A DNA stretch of 64,000 bases from a bacterium (lineage in GTDB: Bacteria; Acidobacteriota; Aminicenantia; Aminicenantales; Aminicenantaceae), in NCBI GenBank assembly GCA_018335295.1, contig JAGXKI010000005.1, positions 20,658 through 84,657 of the forward strand. Reading direction: 5' to 3'. A program made the position numbers and the translations under genes. Below, piece by piece: positions 48,303 through 59,133 of the stretch. The notes under the pieces are model-generated. The model was not told the DNA's origin and did not search any database. It saw only the letters and a list, made by a program, of their open reading frames with translations. Position 1 is the first letter of the stretch, and each line of letters begins with the position of its first letter.

Positions 48303-50192
48303 ATGAGAAAAGTTAGTTGGATCTTTTTCTTTTTCATCCTTTCTTTCATCACGGGTCCATCTTTTCTAAAAGCCCAAGAAGAGGATTGGAAGATAAAGGG
48401 TCGATTTCAACTGGGATACCGTTATGTAGAGGTTAAAGGAAACACCCATAAATACTATGAAGATTTAAACCTCCGGCAAGGACCCCGCCTCCTTGATTTA
48501 GATTTTAACCTTCACTCTTCTGAAAAATTCAAAAAATATTTCGATTTTTTTAATGTGTATGCCTCCAAATTGGGAGGAGATCCCTTTGAAAATTATGGAG
48601 TAACGATTAAAAAATACGGCCACTTCAATTTTCGTTACGGACATCGAAAATCAACATACTTTTATAAAGACACTCTCCTTCCTGAAAATAAAAGTGATTT
48701 CCATTTGAGCACAGGAGGAGATTTTCATACATTTAACTTCCGTAGGTTTTTTGACAATTTCTACTTTGATGTGAAACCTTTGAACAACGTAAAGTTCATT
48801 CTCTCTTTCAATCGACAAAAAAAATCAGGGGAAAGCACCACTACTCTTGATTACAGCAGAGATGAATTTGAATTGAAACAGCCTCTCCATGAAATCAAGA
48901 ATACTTACAGTGCGGGAGTTCAGATTAATTCTCAATGGATGGATTTATTCATGAAAGGAAGCTATTGGGATTATGAAAACAAATCTCATCTTTTCCTTCC
49001 CGGCTTTTCTCCAGGAGCGGATGCAAAAAACATTTCTCATCCCACCGAACTTCTCTCCTATGAACTGAGAACTCCCTATCAATTCTCCATGCCCATGTTA
49101 ACAGCTAAAATCAATACCAATCCTCTTCCTCAACTGCAGACCACCTGGAACTTGGTTTATTCCCTTATGGATATGGAACTGGATTATGAAGAAGAAGCTC
49201 AGGGAACTAATTTTCAAGGATTCTCCACTCGATACGAGTATACAGGCACTTCCCAACTCAAACGTCAGAGCCTCTTGATCGACTTGGACCTTTCTTATAG
49301 GGCTTCGGAAAATCTTTATCTTCTTGGAAATTACCGTTCTCAGAGCTTGAATCAGGAAGGAGATTTATCCATCGATGAGAATTCAATCCATTCCTGGTAT
49401 GACCTCTCTACTTCAATTTTCGAGCTGGGGACTCAAATCATCCCTTTTGATAATTTCCAAGTGAGTGGAGGTATTCTGTTCCAATCCAGAGAATCATCTT
49501 ATCAAATAAAAGAAGAACAAACACGACACACAGAAAGGACCACTTTTTTCATTAACTCCTCTTATCATTTATCATCGATTGTAAACATCAAAGGAAAGTA
49601 CGAAAAAGGATCTTTTCATCAGCCTTATACTCTTATTAGCCCGACCGATTTGGATGAGTTCAAATTAAGGATGAAATTCTCTCCTTTAAAGAAAATGAAA
49701 CTTCTTCTTTCTTTTTCCCATAAAGACTTGACCAACCAGGATTCAGGCGGAACCCTTACCTCCCTCTCTTACGGTTTCGACTTAAACTACCAATGCCTTC
49801 CCAATCTGAGCATAGATGGAGGATACTCCAGGCAAAAATTCAAGACCTCGGTGGTAAATTTAGTGGTTTACGAAGCTCCAGCCTGGGCTCCCCTTTTGGG
49901 AAGCGAAAAATCCTGGAACAGCACTTATCAAAGTTCCACGAACATGTTTCGGGGAAGCCTGAATTATCAAGCCTTCAAAAACCTCTCCTTAAAGGGATGG
50001 GTGTACCACTATAAAAATTCAGGAACATGGAAACTGGATTGGACCACCTTTCAGGTTTATGCCGGCTATACCTTTCCCAATGGTTATCTTTTGTCTTTTT
50101 CTTACAGATGGACAGCCTATAATGAAGCCATGTTTGACTTTGATGATTATTCTTCCCATATCTTTACGGTAGGGTTTGGTTACAAATTCTGA
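48303..50192 (+). CDS. Outer-membrane beta-barrel protein, MtrB/PioB-like porin partner of the decaheme cytochrome
   Basis: Signal peptide MRKVSWIFFFFILSFITGPSFLKAQE. 629 aa rich in alternating aromatic/polar beta-strand patterns. The C-terminal GFGYKF ends in Phe, an OMP signature. It begins 18 nt after the cytochrome stop. Confidence 0.55.
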   Translation: MRKVSWIFFFFILSFITGPSFLKAQEEDWKIKGRFQLGYRYVEVKGNTHKYYEDLNLRQGPRLLDLDFNLHSSEKFKKYFDFFNVYASKLGGDPFENYGVTIKKYGHFNFRYGHRKSTYFYKDTLLPENKSDFHLSTGGDFHTFNFRRFFDNFYFDVKPLNNVKFILSFNRQKKSGESTTTLDYSRDEFELKQPLHEIKNTYSAGVQINSQWMDLFMKGSYWDYENKSHLFLPGFSPGADAKNISHPTELLSYELRTPYQFSMPMLTAKINTNPLPQLQTTWNLVYSLMDMELDYEEEAQGTNFQGFSTRYEYTGTSQLKRQSLLIDLDLSYRASENLYLLGNYRSQSLNQEGDLSIDENSIHSWYDLSTSIFELGTQIIPFDNFQVSGGILFQSRESSYQIKEEQTRHTERTTFFINSSYHLSSIVNIKGKYEKGSFHQPYTLISPTDLDEFKLRMKFSPLKKMKLLLSFSHKDLTNQDSGGTLTSLSYGFDLNYQCLPNLSIDGGYSRQKFKTSVVNLVVYEAPAWAPLLGSEKSWNSTYQSSTNMFRGSLNYQAFKNLSLKGWVYHYKNSGTWKLDWTTFQVYAGYTFPNGYLLSFSYRWTAYNEAMFDFDDYSSHIFTVGFGYKF

Positions 50193-50434
50193 AACTTAAT
50201 GTCATTTATCTTTGCGTAAAGCTCTTGTTCCTTTTGATGATTTTTCAGAATATAAAGATCCCAAAAAAAAGCATAATTTGCTCCGAAAGCTTTAAAAAGT
50301 GAACTCTCTGAAGATAATTACAAGCGTGAAAGAAACATTTTTCCCTTCCTCCAAAGTCTGCTTAATGGAAGGAAAGCTCCTATTGGCAAAAATAGGGCGC
50401 TTCTTTATTATAAAAAAATCAGAATAATAAAATC

Positions 50435-51790
50435 ATGACCTCAAAATCAATCATTCGAGCCTTCAGTTCGGTTAAACTCACCCTTTTCCTGATCATTATA
50501 CTGGTAGTTTCTCTTGGGATAGGGACTTTGATTCCTCAGCAAAAGTCTTCTTCATTCTACCACTCCCATTACGGCCCCTGGAGTCCTCTCTTTTTGAATC
50601 TTCAGTTGAACGATCTTTATCATTCGGTATGGTTCTTAACTCTTCTCGGAATGTTGATCTTGAATACGGTGGCGTGCACTATCCGGAGGCTAAGTCCCAA
50701 ATGGAACAGAATTTTCAGACCTCAAGTAATTAAAGAGAAAAAAAATATCCAAACTTTATCCCTCTGCGATCATTTCATCAGTTCAAGGAATATAAAAAAA
50801 GTAAAAAGGTCTATCCAAGAAAACCTTTCTTCCTATCATTATCGGCTTCGCGAGGCTGGGCAAGGGGCCAAGATATATTTCCTAGCAAGAAAAAAGATCA
50901 TGGGGCTGTGGGGGCCCGAAATAGTTCATACAGGCATTCTTATCATTCTCCTCGGTGGAATAGTGAGCGGATTGGGAGGGATGACAAAATATCTTTCTCT
51001 TCGTCCTGGTGAGGTGGCATCCATTCCTCAATCTGAATATAAAATCCAACTAAAAAATTTTGATATCGAGCGCTATCCTGGAGGAAACATTAAAGACTGG
51101 AAGAGCACTCTTTCTATTTTGAATAACGGAAAACCTGTCTTAACTCAAACCATTGAAGTGAATCATCCTCTTTCCTACAAAGGTTTCCTTTTTTATCAAA
51201 ACAGCTGGGGACGGGATTGGAAAAATCCATCCTTAGAAATCTGGGCCCAAAAAAAAGATGGGTCTTCTTCTCCCAAAACGCTCCATCTCAAACTGAGAAA
51301 GAAGGTGGAGTTGGAGGAGGGACTTTACCTTTCTGTTAGACGATTTCTGCCCGACTTCGTTCTGACCGCTCAAAACAAAGCTACCTCTCGTTCCGATCAA
51401 CCCAGAAATCCTGCCGCTTTTATCCAGGGATGGAGAGGAAATAAAACGGAATTTTCTGGATGGATTTTTGCACGGTTTCCTCAAATGAATATGATCAACT
51501 CCGAACATTCCCTTTCCTGGCAGTTCAAACTCCAAGATTACTCCCCCAACCGTTTTTCCGTCATTCAGGTTTCCAAAGACCCGGGAGTAAACTTTATCTG
51601 GGCCGGGTCTGCCGTGATTATGATAGGGCTGCTTTTGGCTTTTTACTGGCATCACAGAGAAATCAGAATCATCATTGAAAAAATCAACGGCCAAATCCAC
51701 ATCTGGATGGGAGGAACCACACCTAAGGGAGCCGAAACATTCAAGCGTGAATTCAAAGAAATTGTAAAGTCTATAAGGAGGAAAAATTGA
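50435..51790 (+). CDS. ccsB: System II cytochrome c biogenesis protein ResB/CcsB
   Basis: N-terminal MTSKSIIRAF...LTLFLIIILVVSLGIGT, with a large periplasmic domain and a C-terminal TM segment. It is paired with ccsA. Confidence 0.8.
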   Translation: MTSKSIIRAFSSVKLTLFLIIILVVSLGIGTLIPQQKSSSFYHSHYGPWSPLFLNLQLNDLYHSVWFLTLLGMLILNTVACTIRRLSPKWNRIFRPQVIKEKKNIQTLSLCDHFISSRNIKKVKRSIQENLSSYHYRLREAGQGAKIYFLARKKIMGLWGPEIVHTGILIILLGGIVSGLGGMTKYLSLRPGEVASIPQSEYKIQLKNFDIERYPGGNIKDWKSTLSILNNGKPVLTQTIEVNHPLSYKGFLFYQNSWGRDWKNPSLEIWAQKKDGSSSPKTLHLKLRKKVELEEGLYLSVRRFLPDFVLTAQNKATSRSDQPRNPAAFIQGWRGNKTEFSGWIFARFPQMNMINSEHSLSWQFKLQDYSPNRFSVIQVSKDPGVNFIWAGSAVIMIGLLLAFYWHHREIRIIIEKINGQIHIWMGGTTPKGAETFKREFKEIVKSIRRKN

Positions 51791-52599
51791 ACATTTCCCT
51801 TTATTTTCTGGGTTCTTTTCTCATTTATATTCTTTCTACCGCTTTCTATTATGGTTATTTGTTCTCACAGAAAAACAAGCTGGCCCGGATAGGTTCAGCT
51901 ACTGCTGGAGTAGGATTGATTATCCACACACTCGCTCTCATTTTAAGAACCTTCCAAAGCGGCCATGCTCCTTTCACCAACATGTATGAATCCTTATCTT
52001 TTCTGGCTTGGTCTTCTGTTCTTGCCTACTTGATTGTGGAGAAAAAATACGCTTTCAAAAAAGCCGGGCCTTTTCTTATGCTCATCGTTATCGCGCTGAT
52101 GGCTCTGGCTTCCTCACCTTTAATGTCCAGCGAAGCCACTCCATTGGTCCCCGCTCTTCAAAGTTATTGGTTATGGCTTCATGTTTCCGTCACCCTTCTA
52201 GGAGAAGCATTTTTCGCTGTAGCCTTTGTGACCAGTATCCTCTATCTTTATGTAAGATCAAAAGATAAAAGGGGGGCTTCTTCCCCCTTATCGGCTCAAA
52301 AATTGGATTTCATCAGTTACAGAGCTATCGCCCTAGGATTTCCTCTTTTTACTTTAGGGGGTCTTGTCTTCGGTATGATTTGGGCTTATAAAGCCTGGGG
52401 AAGCTACTGGAGTTGGGACCCTAAGGAAACCTGGACTCTCATCACTTGGTTTGTATTTGCTCTTTACCTTCATACTCGAATTGTTTGGAGATGGAGGGGA
52501 TTTCGTTCTGCGCTGATCGCCGTTCTTGGCTTTTTAACAGCCATGTTCACCTACTTCGGAGTGAATTATTTGATCACGGGGCTACACAGCTACACTTAA
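51787..52599 (+). CDS. ccsA: System II cytochrome c biogenesis heme-handling protein CcsA/ResC
   Basis: The WGSYWSWDPKETW tryptophan-rich WWD motif is present, with flanking His-containing TM helices. A TTG start overlaps the ccsB stop. Confidence 0.85.
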   Translation: MNISLYFLGSFLIYILSTAFYYGYLFSQKNKLARIGSATAGVGLIIHTLALILRTFQSGHAPFTNMYESLSFLAWSSVLAYLIVEKKYAFKKAGPFLMLIVIALMALASSPLMSSEATPLVPALQSYWLWLHVSVTLLGEAFFAVAFVTSILYLYVRSKDKRGASSPLSAQKLDFISYRAIALGFPLFTLGGLVFGMIWAYKAWGSYWSWDPKETWTLITWFVFALYLHTRIVWRWRGFRSALIAVLGFLTAMFTYFGVNYLITGLHSYT

Positions 52600-52691
52600 C
52601 CGCAGAAACATTTCTCAATCAGATCCTTTTGCTTGATTGAGGGGTACTGAATTGATAAAATAAGTTAAGTCCATTGGAAAGGGGAATAAAA

Positions 52692-52985
52692 ATGATATTA
52701 GCCGAATTAGCCATTTTTCCCACAAGTGAAGGGACATCGGTCAGTCGGTATGTGAAAGAAGTGACCCAAATCATTCAAAGATCGGGATTGAATTATGAAA
52801 CGGGAGGAATGGCCACTTCTATCGAAGCTCCCGATATGGAAACTTTATTCAAGGTAGTGGAAAAAACACACCAGAAGTTGGTCCAGATGGGGGTGGAGAG
52901 AATTCACATAGATCTTCGAGTAGACCATAGACTGGATAAGGACGCCACCCTGAAGTCCAAAATGGAGTCTTTGAAGAAAGAATAG
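52692..52985 (+). CDS. MTH1187/YkoF-family (UPF0045) small thiamine/ligand-binding protein
   Basis: MILAELAIFPTSEGTSVSRYV is typical of the family. The start is at the Met preceded by aggggaa. Confidence 0.75.
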   Translation: MILAELAIFPTSEGTSVSRYVKEVTQIIQRSGLNYETGGMATSIEAPDMETLFKVVEKTHQKLVQMGVERIHIDLRVDHRLDKDATLKSKMESLKKE

Positions 52986-52988
52986 TTT

Positions 52989-54080
52989 TTAATCTAATGC
53001 TTTCTCGATAATTCCTCCTCCTAACACTGTATCACCTCGGTATAAAACCACAGATTGGCCTGGAGTTATAGCTCTCTGAGGTTTCTTGAATTCAACCCAT
53101 GCTTGAGAGGAATTTTTTTTCTTCAGACAAGCCGGCGCCTCTTCATGTTTATAACGAATCCTTGCCTGAATTTCCATCTCCGAAGGGATTTCATTCTGAA
53201 CAATCATGTTCACTGAAGATATCAAAAAGTTCTTTTTATAGAGTTGATCTTGAGTTCCAACCACTACCGACTGATCCTCACTTCGAATATCCACTACATA
53301 AAGAGGATGAGATGCCGAGATTCCCATACCTCTGCGTTGACCGATAGTGAAGTGCAAAATTCCTTGATGAAAGCCCAGAATGTTTCCGTTGAGGTCTTTG
53401 ACCGGACCCGGAATGAAACTCTCCGGCCTTCTTTTTTTTAGAAAACCCACATAGTTATCCTCGGGGATAAAACATATTTCCTGACTTTCAGTGTCCTTCT
53501 TTAACGGAAGATTGAGCTGAGATGCTTTTTTTTGAACCTGGTGTTTGGTCATAAAACCCAGAGGCATCAATAGGAAAGAAAATTGTTTCTGATTCAAGGG
53601 GTAAAGAAAATAAGACTGATCCTTTTCCCGGTCTTTTCCCTTTTTAAGAAGATAACGCTTCACATCCCTTTGATAAACCACCTGAGCATAATGACCTGTG
53701 GCCAAATAGTCCGCTCCCCTCTCTAGAGCCTTATCCATTAAAAGGCCCATTTTTATAAATTTATTACACCGGATACAAGGATTTGGAGTTCGCCCTTGAG
53801 CATACTCATTGCAAAAATTGGATATGACTTTTTGTTCAAACTCTTTTTTCAAGTTCAATCTCTCATGAGGAATGTTCAGAAACCGAGCTACTTTTTGGGC
53901 CTTTTCAGTGACACCAACTCTGGGAATTGCTTCATCCTCTTCTTTAAGGGAAAAATTCTTGAGGGGAACAACTTCCATGGTCATCCCCTGTACTTCATAC
54001 CCCCTCTCTTTCAGAACAGATGCGGCCACAGAAGAATCCACGCCTCCGCTCATGGCCACAACCACTTTTTGACGGCTCAT
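52989..54080 (-). CDS. mnmA: tRNA-specific 2-thiouridylase
   Basis: VVVAMSGGVDSSVAA PP-loop, catalytic Cys residues, and about 360 aa. Confidence 0.9.
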   Translation of the reverse strand: MSRQKVVVAMSGGVDSSVAASVLKERGYEVQGMTMEVVPLKNFSLKEEDEAIPRVGVTEKAQKVARFLNIPHERLNLKKEFEQKVISNFCNEYAQGRTPNPCIRCNKFIKMGLLMDKALERGADYLATGHYAQVVYQRDVKRYLLKKGKDREKDQSYFLYPLNQKQFSFLLMPLGFMTKHQVQKKASQLNLPLKKDTESQEICFIPEDNYVGFLKKRRPESFIPGPVKDLNGNILGFHQGILHFTIGQRRGMGISASHPLYVVDIRSEDQSVVVGTQDQLYKKNFLISSVNMIVQNEIPSEMEIQARIRYKHEEAPACLKKKNSSQAWVEFKKPQRAITPGQSVVLYRGDTVLGGGIIEKALD

Positions 54081-54585
54081 ATTCTTAGAATAGCAAACTA
54101 TAGTCTTTTCTCAAAAAAAGAAAGCCTCTGTTTAGGTTATTTTTTAAGAAAATATCCGTTTACCAGGACAATCATAAGAATCCCCTCACGCCCCCATTCT
54201 GGTTAACCCGGGAGACTCCTTTTAAAAACTTAATTTCGTCCTCTTTAACCTTAAAGAATTGGAAACCCCCGAAACCGAACTGAAGACCATAGCGAGTGCA
54301 GCAAACACAGGATTTAAAAGAACTCCCATTAGAGGATAGAGGCCCCCCGCAGCCACAAGAATTCCTACAGAATTGTAAAAAAGAGCCCCAAAAGATTCTG
54401 GTTGATGGTGTTCATGGTCTTTTTACTCAATTTCAATGCGGAAGCCACTCCTTTCAATATTTTTGGATTCTGCTTTCTTTCTCAAGTTTTCCTGAAGAAT
54501 TATACATCATTGAGAAAACTCTATCTCTTTATTTAATTAAATTTTTATGGTAAAATTTTTTTAGCAATTTATCCAAGGAGTTCAT

Positions 54586-55335
54586 ATGTCGGGTCATTCT
54601 AAGTGGCATTCCATCAAACATAAAAAAGCTGCCCAGGATGCCAAAAAGGGAAAAATATTCACTAAAATAATCAGAGAAATCTCTGTAGCTGCCCGCATGG
54701 GTGGAGAAGATCCAGATACAAATCCCCGCTTGAGAAATGCTATCGAAGATGCCAAGGCCGTCAATATGCCTAATGATAATATCAAAAAAGCCATCCAGAA
54801 GGGAACCGGACAGCTGGAAGGTGTCTCTTATGAAGAGACAGCTTATGAAGGTTATGGTCCAGGGGGGGTGGCTATTTACGTGGAAGTCCTCACTGACAAT
54901 AAAAACAGAACCATTTCCGAATTGAGGCACATATTTTCCAGAAATGGAGGAAATATTGGCGAATCTGGGTGTGTCGCATGGATGTTTGACCGGAAAGGAT
55001 ATATAGTGGTGGAAAAATCGAACGCTTCTGAAGACGATCTATTGGACCTTATTTTGGAGGCTGGAGCTGAAGACCTTAGAGAAGATGGAAGCAATTATGA
55101 AATATTCACCCCTCCAAAAAGCTATGAATCTGTGGTCAAATCTCTTAAAGAAAACAACATTGACATTGCTGCTTCCAACCTGGGCTACATTCCTCAATCC
55201 TATGTAAAACTCACCGGAAAACAGGCCCAACAGCTTCTGAGACTGATCGATGAGCTGGAAGACCATGATGATGTGAAGAACGTTTGGTCTAACTTTGATA
55301 TAGATGAACAAGAAATCACCCAATATTCTGCTTGA
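54586..55335 (+). CDS. yebC: YebC/PmpR-family transcriptional regulator
   Basis: MSGHSKWHSIKHKKAAQDAKKGKIFTK is a canonical N-terminus. Confidence 0.9.
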   Translation: MSGHSKWHSIKHKKAAQDAKKGKIFTKIIREISVAARMGGEDPDTNPRLRNAIEDAKAVNMPNDNIKKAIQKGTGQLEGVSYEETAYEGYGPGGVAIYVEVLTDNKNRTISELRHIFSRNGGNIGESGCVAWMFDRKGYIVVEKSNASEDDLLDLILEAGAEDLREDGSNYEIFTPPKSYESVVKSLKENNIDIAASNLGYIPQSYVKLTGKQAQQLLRLIDELEDHDDVKNVWSNFDIDEQEITQYSA

Positions 55336-55346
55336 ATAATGTGGGA

Positions 55347-55865
55347 ATGAGGATCCTCGGTATCGATCCCAGTGTCAGGTACACAGGATTTGGTATCATT
55401 CAATGTAGTCAAAATAGCTGCGAAGTGGAAACCTTTGGTGTAATTAAGCCTTTTTCTCACCAGTCTTTTCCTTATAAAATAAACCAAATAAAAAACCGAA
55501 TTGAAGAATTAATCACCCAATACAGACCTGAAGAAGTGGCTGTTGAGAGCCTTTTCTATGCCCAAAACATTAAAACAGCCATCACCCTCGGTCAAGCTAG
55601 AGGTGCCGCCCTTATAGCTGTGGCTTCTCAAAACTGCAGCCTCTTTGAATACTCTCCCCTGGAAATCAAAAAGGCAATCACAGGTTATGGACAGGCTGAC
55701 AAAAATCAGGTGAAATTCATGATTCGATCTCTGCTTCATATTCAGAATGAAAAAATACCCACGGATGCATCTGATGCACTAGCCGCCGCCCTCTGTCATG
55801 CCCATTCTCGTATTTATCATCAAACTTTAAGGAAAAACCTCCAAAGGAATAAAAAAAATAAATGA
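55347..55865 (+). CDS. ruvC: Holliday junction resolvase
   Basis: MRILGIDPSVRYTGFGII with catalytic Asp/Glu positions. Gene order is yebC-ruvC-ruvA-ruvB. Confidence 0.9.
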   Translation: MRILGIDPSVRYTGFGIIQCSQNSCEVETFGVIKPFSHQSFPYKINQIKNRIEELITQYRPEEVAVESLFYAQNIKTAITLGQARGAALIAVASQNCSLFEYSPLEIKKAITGYGQADKNQVKFMIRSLLHIQNEKIPTDASDALAAALCHAHSRIYHQTLRKNLQRNKKNK

Positions 55866-56449
55866 TCGCTTATCTTAAAGGGAAAATGATCCAAAAATCT
55901 CCGGATCAAATCATACTGGATATCGGAGGTGTGGGTTACCAAGCCTGGATTCCTCTTTCCACATACCTTAAAGTGGGAGAGGTCCAGGACACAGTGGAAC
56001 TCTTCATCTACACCCAGCTTTCAGATAACTCTCTATCCCTCTACGGATTCTCTACTGAGGAAGAAAAGGAAATTTTCAAAAAATTAATTTCTATTTCAGG
56101 AATCGGTCCTAAAATCGCCCTGAATATCCTCTCTGGAATCCAAACTTCAGACCTGGAAAAAGCCATTAAGCAGAGCGATGTCACAAGGATATCGCTGATT
56201 CCAGGAATCGGTAAAAAAACCGCTATGCGCATCGCTATGGAGCTCCAGGAAAAACTGGATAAAAAGGAAAAAATCATCCATTCTCCTGGTTTCCAAGAAA
56301 AGGAAAATCTGATATCGTCTCTTATGAATATGGGATTCAAGAGAAAAGAAGTAGTAAAAATCGTGGACCACACCCTCCAAACCCTTTCACCCGAAGCCGG
56401 ATTTGAAAAATTGCTTAGAGAAAGTTTGAAAAGGCTTTCCAAAGTCTAA
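55862..56449 (+). CDS. ruvA: Holliday junction DNA helicase subunit
   Basis: MIAYLKGKMIQKSPDQIILDIGGVGYQ with HhH motifs (GIGPKIAL and GIGKKTA). Confidence 0.9.
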   Translation: MIAYLKGKMIQKSPDQIILDIGGVGYQAWIPLSTYLKVGEVQDTVELFIYTQLSDNSLSLYGFSTEEEKEIFKKLISISGIGPKIALNILSGIQTSDLEKAIKQSDVTRISLIPGIGKKTAMRIAMELQEKLDKKEKIIHSPGFQEKENLISSLMNMGFKRKEVVKIVDHTLQTLSPEAGFEKLLRESLKRLSKV

Positions 56450-56561
56450 ACGTTCCAGAACGATGAGGCGGATAAATTCAACATCGAGAATAAATCCTTC
56501 TGGCTCCCTATTTCCAATTCAAATCCAGATCTCCCTGAAATCTCTTCCATGAACTGATATA

Positions 56562-57611
56562 ATGAATAAAACAAAAATGGACACAATTCTCAATCCTGTT
56601 CGGACCAAAGAAGACCTTCTGTTTGAAGATAATCTTCGTCCTCAAAAGTTTGACGAGTTTATCGGACAGGAAAACATCAAAACCAATCTAAAAATATTTA
56701 TTCAGGCAGCCTCTCAGAGGAATGAACAACTCGACCATGTATTACTCTACGGCCCGCCCGGCTTAGGTAAAACCAGCCTGGCCTATCTCATTTCCAAAGA
56801 GATGGGGGTGGGGATTAAACCCACTTCAGGCCCTGTTCTGGAAAGAGTAGGAGACCTTTCGGCCATCCTTTCCAACCTTCAGGATAAAGACATCCTGTTT
56901 ATCGACGAAATCCACCGCCTCCCCCCCGCCGTTGAGGAAATCCTTTATTCAGCTATGGAAGACTACACTCTGGATATCGTCATCGGCCAAGGACCCAGTG
57001 CCCGAAGTCATAAACTCCAACTCAAAAAATTTACCTTGATCGGAGCAACCACCCGCCCAGGGAAAATAACAGCTCCTTTGAGAGGGCGATTCGGGATCAT
57101 TCATAGACTGGACTACTACAGTGGGGAAGAACTCCAAAATGTCATTCAGCGATCCGCTTCAATTTTGAGTATCCCTATTGTAAAAAAAGGAGCTTTACAA
57201 ATCGCTAATCGTTCCAGAGGAACTCCAAGGGTTTCTAACCGGCTGCTGAGAAGGGTCCGCGATTTTGCCGATGTCTTGGGAGAAGGAAAAATCACCTCGG
57301 AACAAGCCACTCAGGCTTTGGACACCATGGAAGTGGATGCTATAGGTCTAGATGAAGTGGACCGAAAAATCCTCATGACCATTATCGAAAACTTCAATGG
57401 AGGCCCCGTAGGCATCAACACCATCGCTGCAGCCATAGATGAAGATAAAGATACCATTGAATTCATCTATGAACCTTTTCTTATGCGGATCGGGTTCCTG
57501 GAGCGAAGCATAAGGGGCCGGATGGTTTCTCCCAAAGCCTATGAACACTTTGGATTGAGTCCACCTTCTCCTTCTCAAAAAAAACTATTCCAAAAACCGA
57601 AAAAAGATTGA
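56562..57611 (+). CDS. ruvB: Holliday junction DNA helicase ATPase subunit
   Basis: Walker [15 protein letters not shown], Walker [11 protein letters not shown], and a winged-helix C-terminus. Confidence 0.9.
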   Translation: MNKTKMDTILNPVRTKEDLLFEDNLRPQKFDEFIGQENIKTNLKIFIQAASQRNEQLDHVLLYGPPGLGKTSLAYLISKEMGVGIKPTSGPVLERVGDLSAILSNLQDKDILFIDEIHRLPPAVEEILYSAMEDYTLDIVIGQGPSARSHKLQLKKFTLIGATTRPGKITAPLRGRFGIIHRLDYYSGEELQNVIQRSASILSIPIVKKGALQIANRSRGTPRVSNRLLRRVRDFADVLGEGKITSEQATQALDTMEVDAIGLDEVDRKILMTIIENFNGGPVGINTIAAAIDEDKDTIEFIYEPFLMRIGFLERSIRGRMVSPKAYEHFGLSPPSPSQKKLFQKPKKD

Positions 57612-57641
57612 TTCCAACCCGTTCATCTCTCCAGAGTTGGA

Positions 57642-58694
57642 ATGAAAACAGGAAAAGGATTCATGTGGATCTCCGAATTTGATTATCATCTTCCTCCTGA
57701 ACTCATCGCTCAAAGACCCCTTCCCCGGAGAGACCAATCCAGAATGATGGTTCTCTACCGTCATAGCGGAGAAATAATCCACAGCCACTTCTCCAAATTC
57801 CCCCACTATCTTCATAAAGGGGATATCCTGGTCCTCAATACTTCTAAAGTCATCCCCGCTCGGGTGTGGGGGAAAAAAGGAAACCAAACCATTGAATTCC
57901 TTTTCCTCAAACAGCGCAGTCAAAACACCTGGGAAGTCCTCTGCCGTCCTGCAAAAGATGCAAAAGAAGGAGATGTCATCACCTTTTCTCCCCGTTTCAA
58001 AGGCCGAGTGATAAGACAAGAAAAAGAGGGAAAAAGACTTCTCCGCTTTTCTTCCAAGGAGGTCCTCTCCTTTCTCAAAAAAATCGGGTTCCCTCCCCTT
58101 CCTCCTTACATCAAACGTCCCCATTATTCAGAAGAACTCAGGTCTTTGGATTTAAAAAGATACCAGACCGTCTATGCCCAAGAGGAAGGCTCCATTGCCG
58201 CTCCCACAGCGGGTCTCCATTTTTCACCTCAAATATTAGGACAACTCCAAACCAAAGGGATAGAAATTATTCCCCTCTCTTTGGATGTGGGACTGGCTAC
58301 GTTCCAACCTGTGAGAACGGAACGGGTGGAAGACCATCAAATGGGCGAAGAAACTTACACCCTAACTAAAGAGTCTGCCCAGTCAATCCAAAAAGCCAAG
58401 AAAGAAAATCTTCCTGTAGTGGCTGTAGGGACTACCTCTGTCAGGGCTCTAGAGAGCTCTTTTAATGGAAAAAATCTTCAGCCAGGGACCCATTCCACCG
58501 ATCTTTTCATCTATCCCGGCTATCGTTTCAAGGTTGTGGAGAGGCTTCTCACCAATTTTCACCTTCCTAAATCCACTCTTCTGATGCTGGTCTCAGCCTT
58601 TGCAGGAGTGGATCTCATAAAAAAGGCTTACAGAGAAGCTGTGGAACATAAATACCGGTTCTACAGCTATGGGGACTGCATGCTCATTCTGTAG
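57642..58694 (+). CDS. queA: S-adenosylmethionine:tRNA ribosyltransferase-isomerase
   Basis: ISEFDYHLPPELIAQRP is a canonical QueA N-terminus. The true start may be an internal Met. Confidence 0.9.
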   Translation: MKTGKGFMWISEFDYHLPPELIAQRPLPRRDQSRMMVLYRHSGEIIHSHFSKFPHYLHKGDILVLNTSKVIPARVWGKKGNQTIEFLFLKQRSQNTWEVLCRPAKDAKEGDVITFSPRFKGRVIRQEKEGKRLLRFSSKEVLSFLKKIGFPPLPPYIKRPHYSEELRSLDLKRYQTVYAQEEGSIAAPTAGLHFSPQILGQLQTKGIEIIPLSLDVGLATFQPVRTERVEDHQMGEETYTLTKESAQSIQKAKKENLPVVAVGTTSVRALESSFNGKNLQPGTHSTDLFIYPGYRFKVVERLLTNFHLPKSTLLMLVSAFAGVDLIKKAYREAVEHKYRFYSYGDCMLIL

Positions 58695-58785
58695 AATCTT
58701 TTGGGATAGTGCTTTCCCATTGACAAATAGGTAAAGATTTCCTATATACTAACTTTTAGTTAAAATTTTCTGAGAGGAAACAGCC

Positions 58786-59133
58786 ATGGCAGAGACCAAA
58801 AATCAAGAGTCAGAAGAAAAACTGGATTCCATCCTTCATCCCCAAACTCAAGCTAAAACATTCAAAATCACGGTGGAGTTCGGGTATAAATCTTCTCCCG
58901 ATTATAAAAAAGCTGTGGAACTGGCTAAAAAAAACCCCACTTATAAAGAGAATGGAAGCGGAGAATGGATCCGCCACTCCGCCACATACACCCCCCAGGA
59001 GGTGGATGATCTGTTTGAACTTTTCTCTCTAGTCCATGAATGGAAATCCACAGAAATCCGGGTGAACCATAAAAGAATCCCTTATGCCCATCAGCTATGG
59101 CTTCCTTTGATGTGGTTTTACAGAGTTAAGTAA
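58786..59133 (+). CDS. Hypothetical small protein
   Basis: 115-aa ORF with an RBS-like aggaaacagcc upstream. No recognisable motif. Confidence 0.3.
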   Translation: MAETKNQESEEKLDSILHPQTQAKTFKITVEFGYKSSPDYKKAVELAKKNPTYKENGSGEWIRHSATYTPQEVDDLFELFSLVHEWKSTEIRVNHKRIPYAHQLWLPLMWFYRVK

